Shown: positions 25,112 through 26,809 of the stretch, one piece after another
Layout of the letters: each line of letters opens with the position of its first letter
Position numbering within the stretch: position 1 is the first letter of the stretch
IMG/VR virus record: IMGVR_UViG_3300027991_000005
Span: 1 to 26,809 of that record
Reading direction: 5' to 3' (one strand)
DNA length: 26,809 nt
Origin: a virus
Lineage: Duplodnaviria > Caudoviricetes
Made by a program: the position numbers and the translations under genes
Notes under the pieces: model-generated
Told to the model about the DNA's origin: nothing
Databases searched by the model: none
Seen by the model: the letters and a program-made list of their open reading frames with translations, nothing else

Positions 25112-26205
25112 GCGTTGACGGCCCGGCGCAGATGATCGGGCGACAGGTGCAGATAGTTCGCCTCGATCGTCGCCATCGTGTCACCCATGACCTGCGCGAT
25201 GTCGTACAAGGGCACCCCCCGCATCGCCTTGAGCGAGCCCCAGGTGTGCCGCAAGACATGCGGCGTCACCCACGGCGTCGAGGTCGTGCGGGCAAACCGG
25301 GCGAAGGCATCGCCGATATGGTTGACCCCGATGACCCGGCCCCAAGGATGCCCTGCGGCGTCCTTGGGAGCCCGTAGCCACGCCTCTTTCAAGATGGGCA
25401 TCAATCTATCGCTGATCGGCAAACCCTGCACCCTGCGCTTCTTGGTGAGCCTCCTGCCCGGTACCTGGTAGTTGATGGTCCCGCGGCCCAAATCCACCCG
25501 GTCCCAGGTGAGGTCGAGGATCGCCTGCCGTCGCGCCGCGGTCTCCAGCCCCAAACACGCGAACAGCATCACCCGGTGAGCGGCTTCGCGGTCCGCTCGC
25601 CGCGTCCAGCGGCCGGCCTCGCCCCAGGCCACGGCGGCGTCCCAAAAGGTTTTCTCCTGTGCCTCGTCGAGGAACTTTGCGCGCGGCGGTCCCGACGGCG
25701 GCAAGATCCGCTTAAAGCTTGGCACCTCGTCGCGGCTGATCTGACGTGTGTCGGCGGCCCATATGAGTACCGTCCGCAACGCCCCCAACTCGCGCCGGAT
25801 GGTCCCGGCACTGCGCTGTCGCACCCTCGCATAGTCCTGCAGGACGATGCCGTCGATCTGCCTCGCGGTGTAGTGCCCCAGCTCGGTCCTGACCGCGGCC
25901 AGCACATACCGGCCTACCCGGGCCTTGCCCTGCACCTCGACAAACTGCAGCCAGCCGCGGGCCAACTCGTCGACCGTTGGCGCCCGTGCCACCGCTACGG
26001 TAGCTTGCCCCCGGGCGTCGGCGCAGAAGCTGTCGAGATAAGCCTCAGCCTGCGCGCGGTCCTTTGTCTTCGTGCTCTCGCGCCGGGTGAGGTAGCCATT
26101 GCCGGTGGCGTCGGTCCACCAGACTTCCCAATAGCCTTGTTTGTTGGTCCTAAGCCGGATCTTACGGTAGGTGCCGATGTCCGGACGGTTTGGGTTCGCA
26201 ACCAT
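25108..26205 (-). CDS. int: tyrosine recombinase / phage integrase
   Basis: ETAAR (Arg), TKKR (Lys), HVLRHT (HxxR), ANYLH (Tyr); N-terminal arm-binding-like YWEVWW...RRESTKTKDR; GGAGGA RBS. Confidence 0.92.
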   Translation of the reverse strand: MVANPNRPDIGTYRKIRLRTNKQGYWEVWWTDATGNGYLTRRESTKTKDRAQAEAYLDSFCADARGQATVAVARAPTVDELARGWLQFVEVQGKARVGRYVLAAVRTELGHYTARQIDGIVLQDYARVRQRSAGTIRRELGALRTVLIWAADTRQISRDEVPSFKRILPPSGPPRAKFLDEAQEKTFWDAAVAWGEAGRWTRRADREAAHRVMLFACLGLETAARRQAILDLTWDRVDLGRGTINYQVPGRRLTKKRRVQGLPISDRLMPILKEAWLRAPKDAAGHPWGRVIGVNHIGDAFARFARTTSTPWVTPHVLRHTWGSLKAMRGVPLYDIAQVMGDTMATIEANYLHLSPDHLRRAVNA

Positions 26206-26342
26206 CTGTGAAAATCATCCTCCGGTATGAGAACAGGGCGGCCTGCTATCCACGGCAGTCCGGCCTGGCGCCGCAGCCGCGCGATCTTGTGAACGGAACA
26301 CCGCAACAAGAGGGCTGCCTCGTGCTGCGTCAGGTACTTCAT
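25995..26342 (-). CDS. excisionase-like HTH protein
   Basis: YLTQHEAALLLRCS...GLPWI.GRPVLIPEDDFHRWL (HTH_17-type); directly upstream of and overlapping int. Confidence 0.8.
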   Translation of the reverse strand: MKYLTQHEAALLLRCSVHKIARLRRQAGLPWIAGRPVLIPEDDFHRWLRTQTVRTSAPTVRSGLGPTNKAIGKSGGPTPPAMATSPGARARRQRTARRLRLISTASAPTPGGKLP

Positions 26343-26809
26343 TGACTGGCTAGACCGCCCTGGATGAGGTCGCCCGGCTGCAGGCCGTCGTCTTCGACAC
26401 TCTCGTCGGTCGCGGCTTTCTCGCCGGTCTCGGCTTCCTTGAGCATCGCATGGATGCTGGCAGCGAGTTTCCAGTGGATCACCCGGTCGACCTGGATGCG
26501 GATCTTGGTCGGCTGCGCCGGCAGCGATGTCAGGATCAGGTCGCCGCTGGCGCCAGCAACCGCGGGATGCTTGGCGCTCGACCCTTGAGGGCGAGAGCGC
26601 GCCGGGTCTGCCGCCGGCTCGCCAGCAAGCTCTTCCACCGAGAGACCCACCGCCGCAGCCAGCCGGGCCATGATTTCCGGGCTGGGGTAGCTGACGCCGT
26701 TGAGATAGTGCCCGATGCGGTCTCGGCTGCGGGCGACATTGTGGCCGCGTTTGTCCCGGGCGGTGCCCCAGACCCGTCGGGCTACCTCGGAGGAATGCAA
26801 ACCGCCCCG
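26339..26809 (-). CDS. XRE-family HTH regulator (5' end probably beyond the window)
   Basis: SEVARRVWG...RDRIGHYLNGVSYPSPEIMARLAAAVGLSVEEL; frame open to the right edge. Confidence 0.75.
   Translation of the reverse strand, partial: RGGLHSSEVARRVWGTARDKRGHNVARSRDRIGHYLNGVSYPSPEIMARLAAAVGLSVEELAGEPAADPARSRPQGSSAKHPAVAGASGDLILTSLPAQPTKIRIQVDRVIHWKLAASIHAMLKEAETGEKAATDESVEDDGLQPGDLIQGGLASQ

Noticed and set aside
1-26809. Diversity-generating retroelement, lysis genes, tRNA or att site
   Set aside because: No reverse transcriptase, template/variable repeat pair, endolysin/holin, tRNA or att core recognised by eye; they may lie outside the window

Overview
The whole window is a GC-rich tailed-phage (or prophage) genome segment with podovirus/P22-like organisation, almost all on the minus strand. 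Right to left it encodes: an XRE-HTH regulator, an excisionase-like HTH protein, a tyrosine integrase, a SciP/DUF1153-like protein, a RepB-type primase fused to a DUF3987-like helicase, a candidate origin, a DUF6456-like late regulator, a plus-strand promoter/HTH cassette and the terminase small subunit. Next come a ~500 bp repeat-rich non-coding region, three signal-peptide-bearing genes coupled to the terminase large subunit, portal, scaffold, DUF5309-type major capsid, adaptor, nozzle, ejection-type proteins, an S74-chaperone tail fibre and a truncated Ig-like gene. The SciP-like and DUF6456-like genes suggest an alphaproteobacterial host (inference). Most notable are (1) the secreted lectin/fibre-like trio between terS and terL, (2) a phage-borne truncated SciP homolog coupled to the integrase, (3) an identical 23-bp palindrome upstream of both scaffold and capsid genes, (4) a shared N-terminal motif on three small late proteins, and (5) direct repeats bracketing a two-gene cassette near the integrase. 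All family calls come from recalled motifs and gene order; no database searches were run. Several short ORFs missing from the ORF track were translated by hand.
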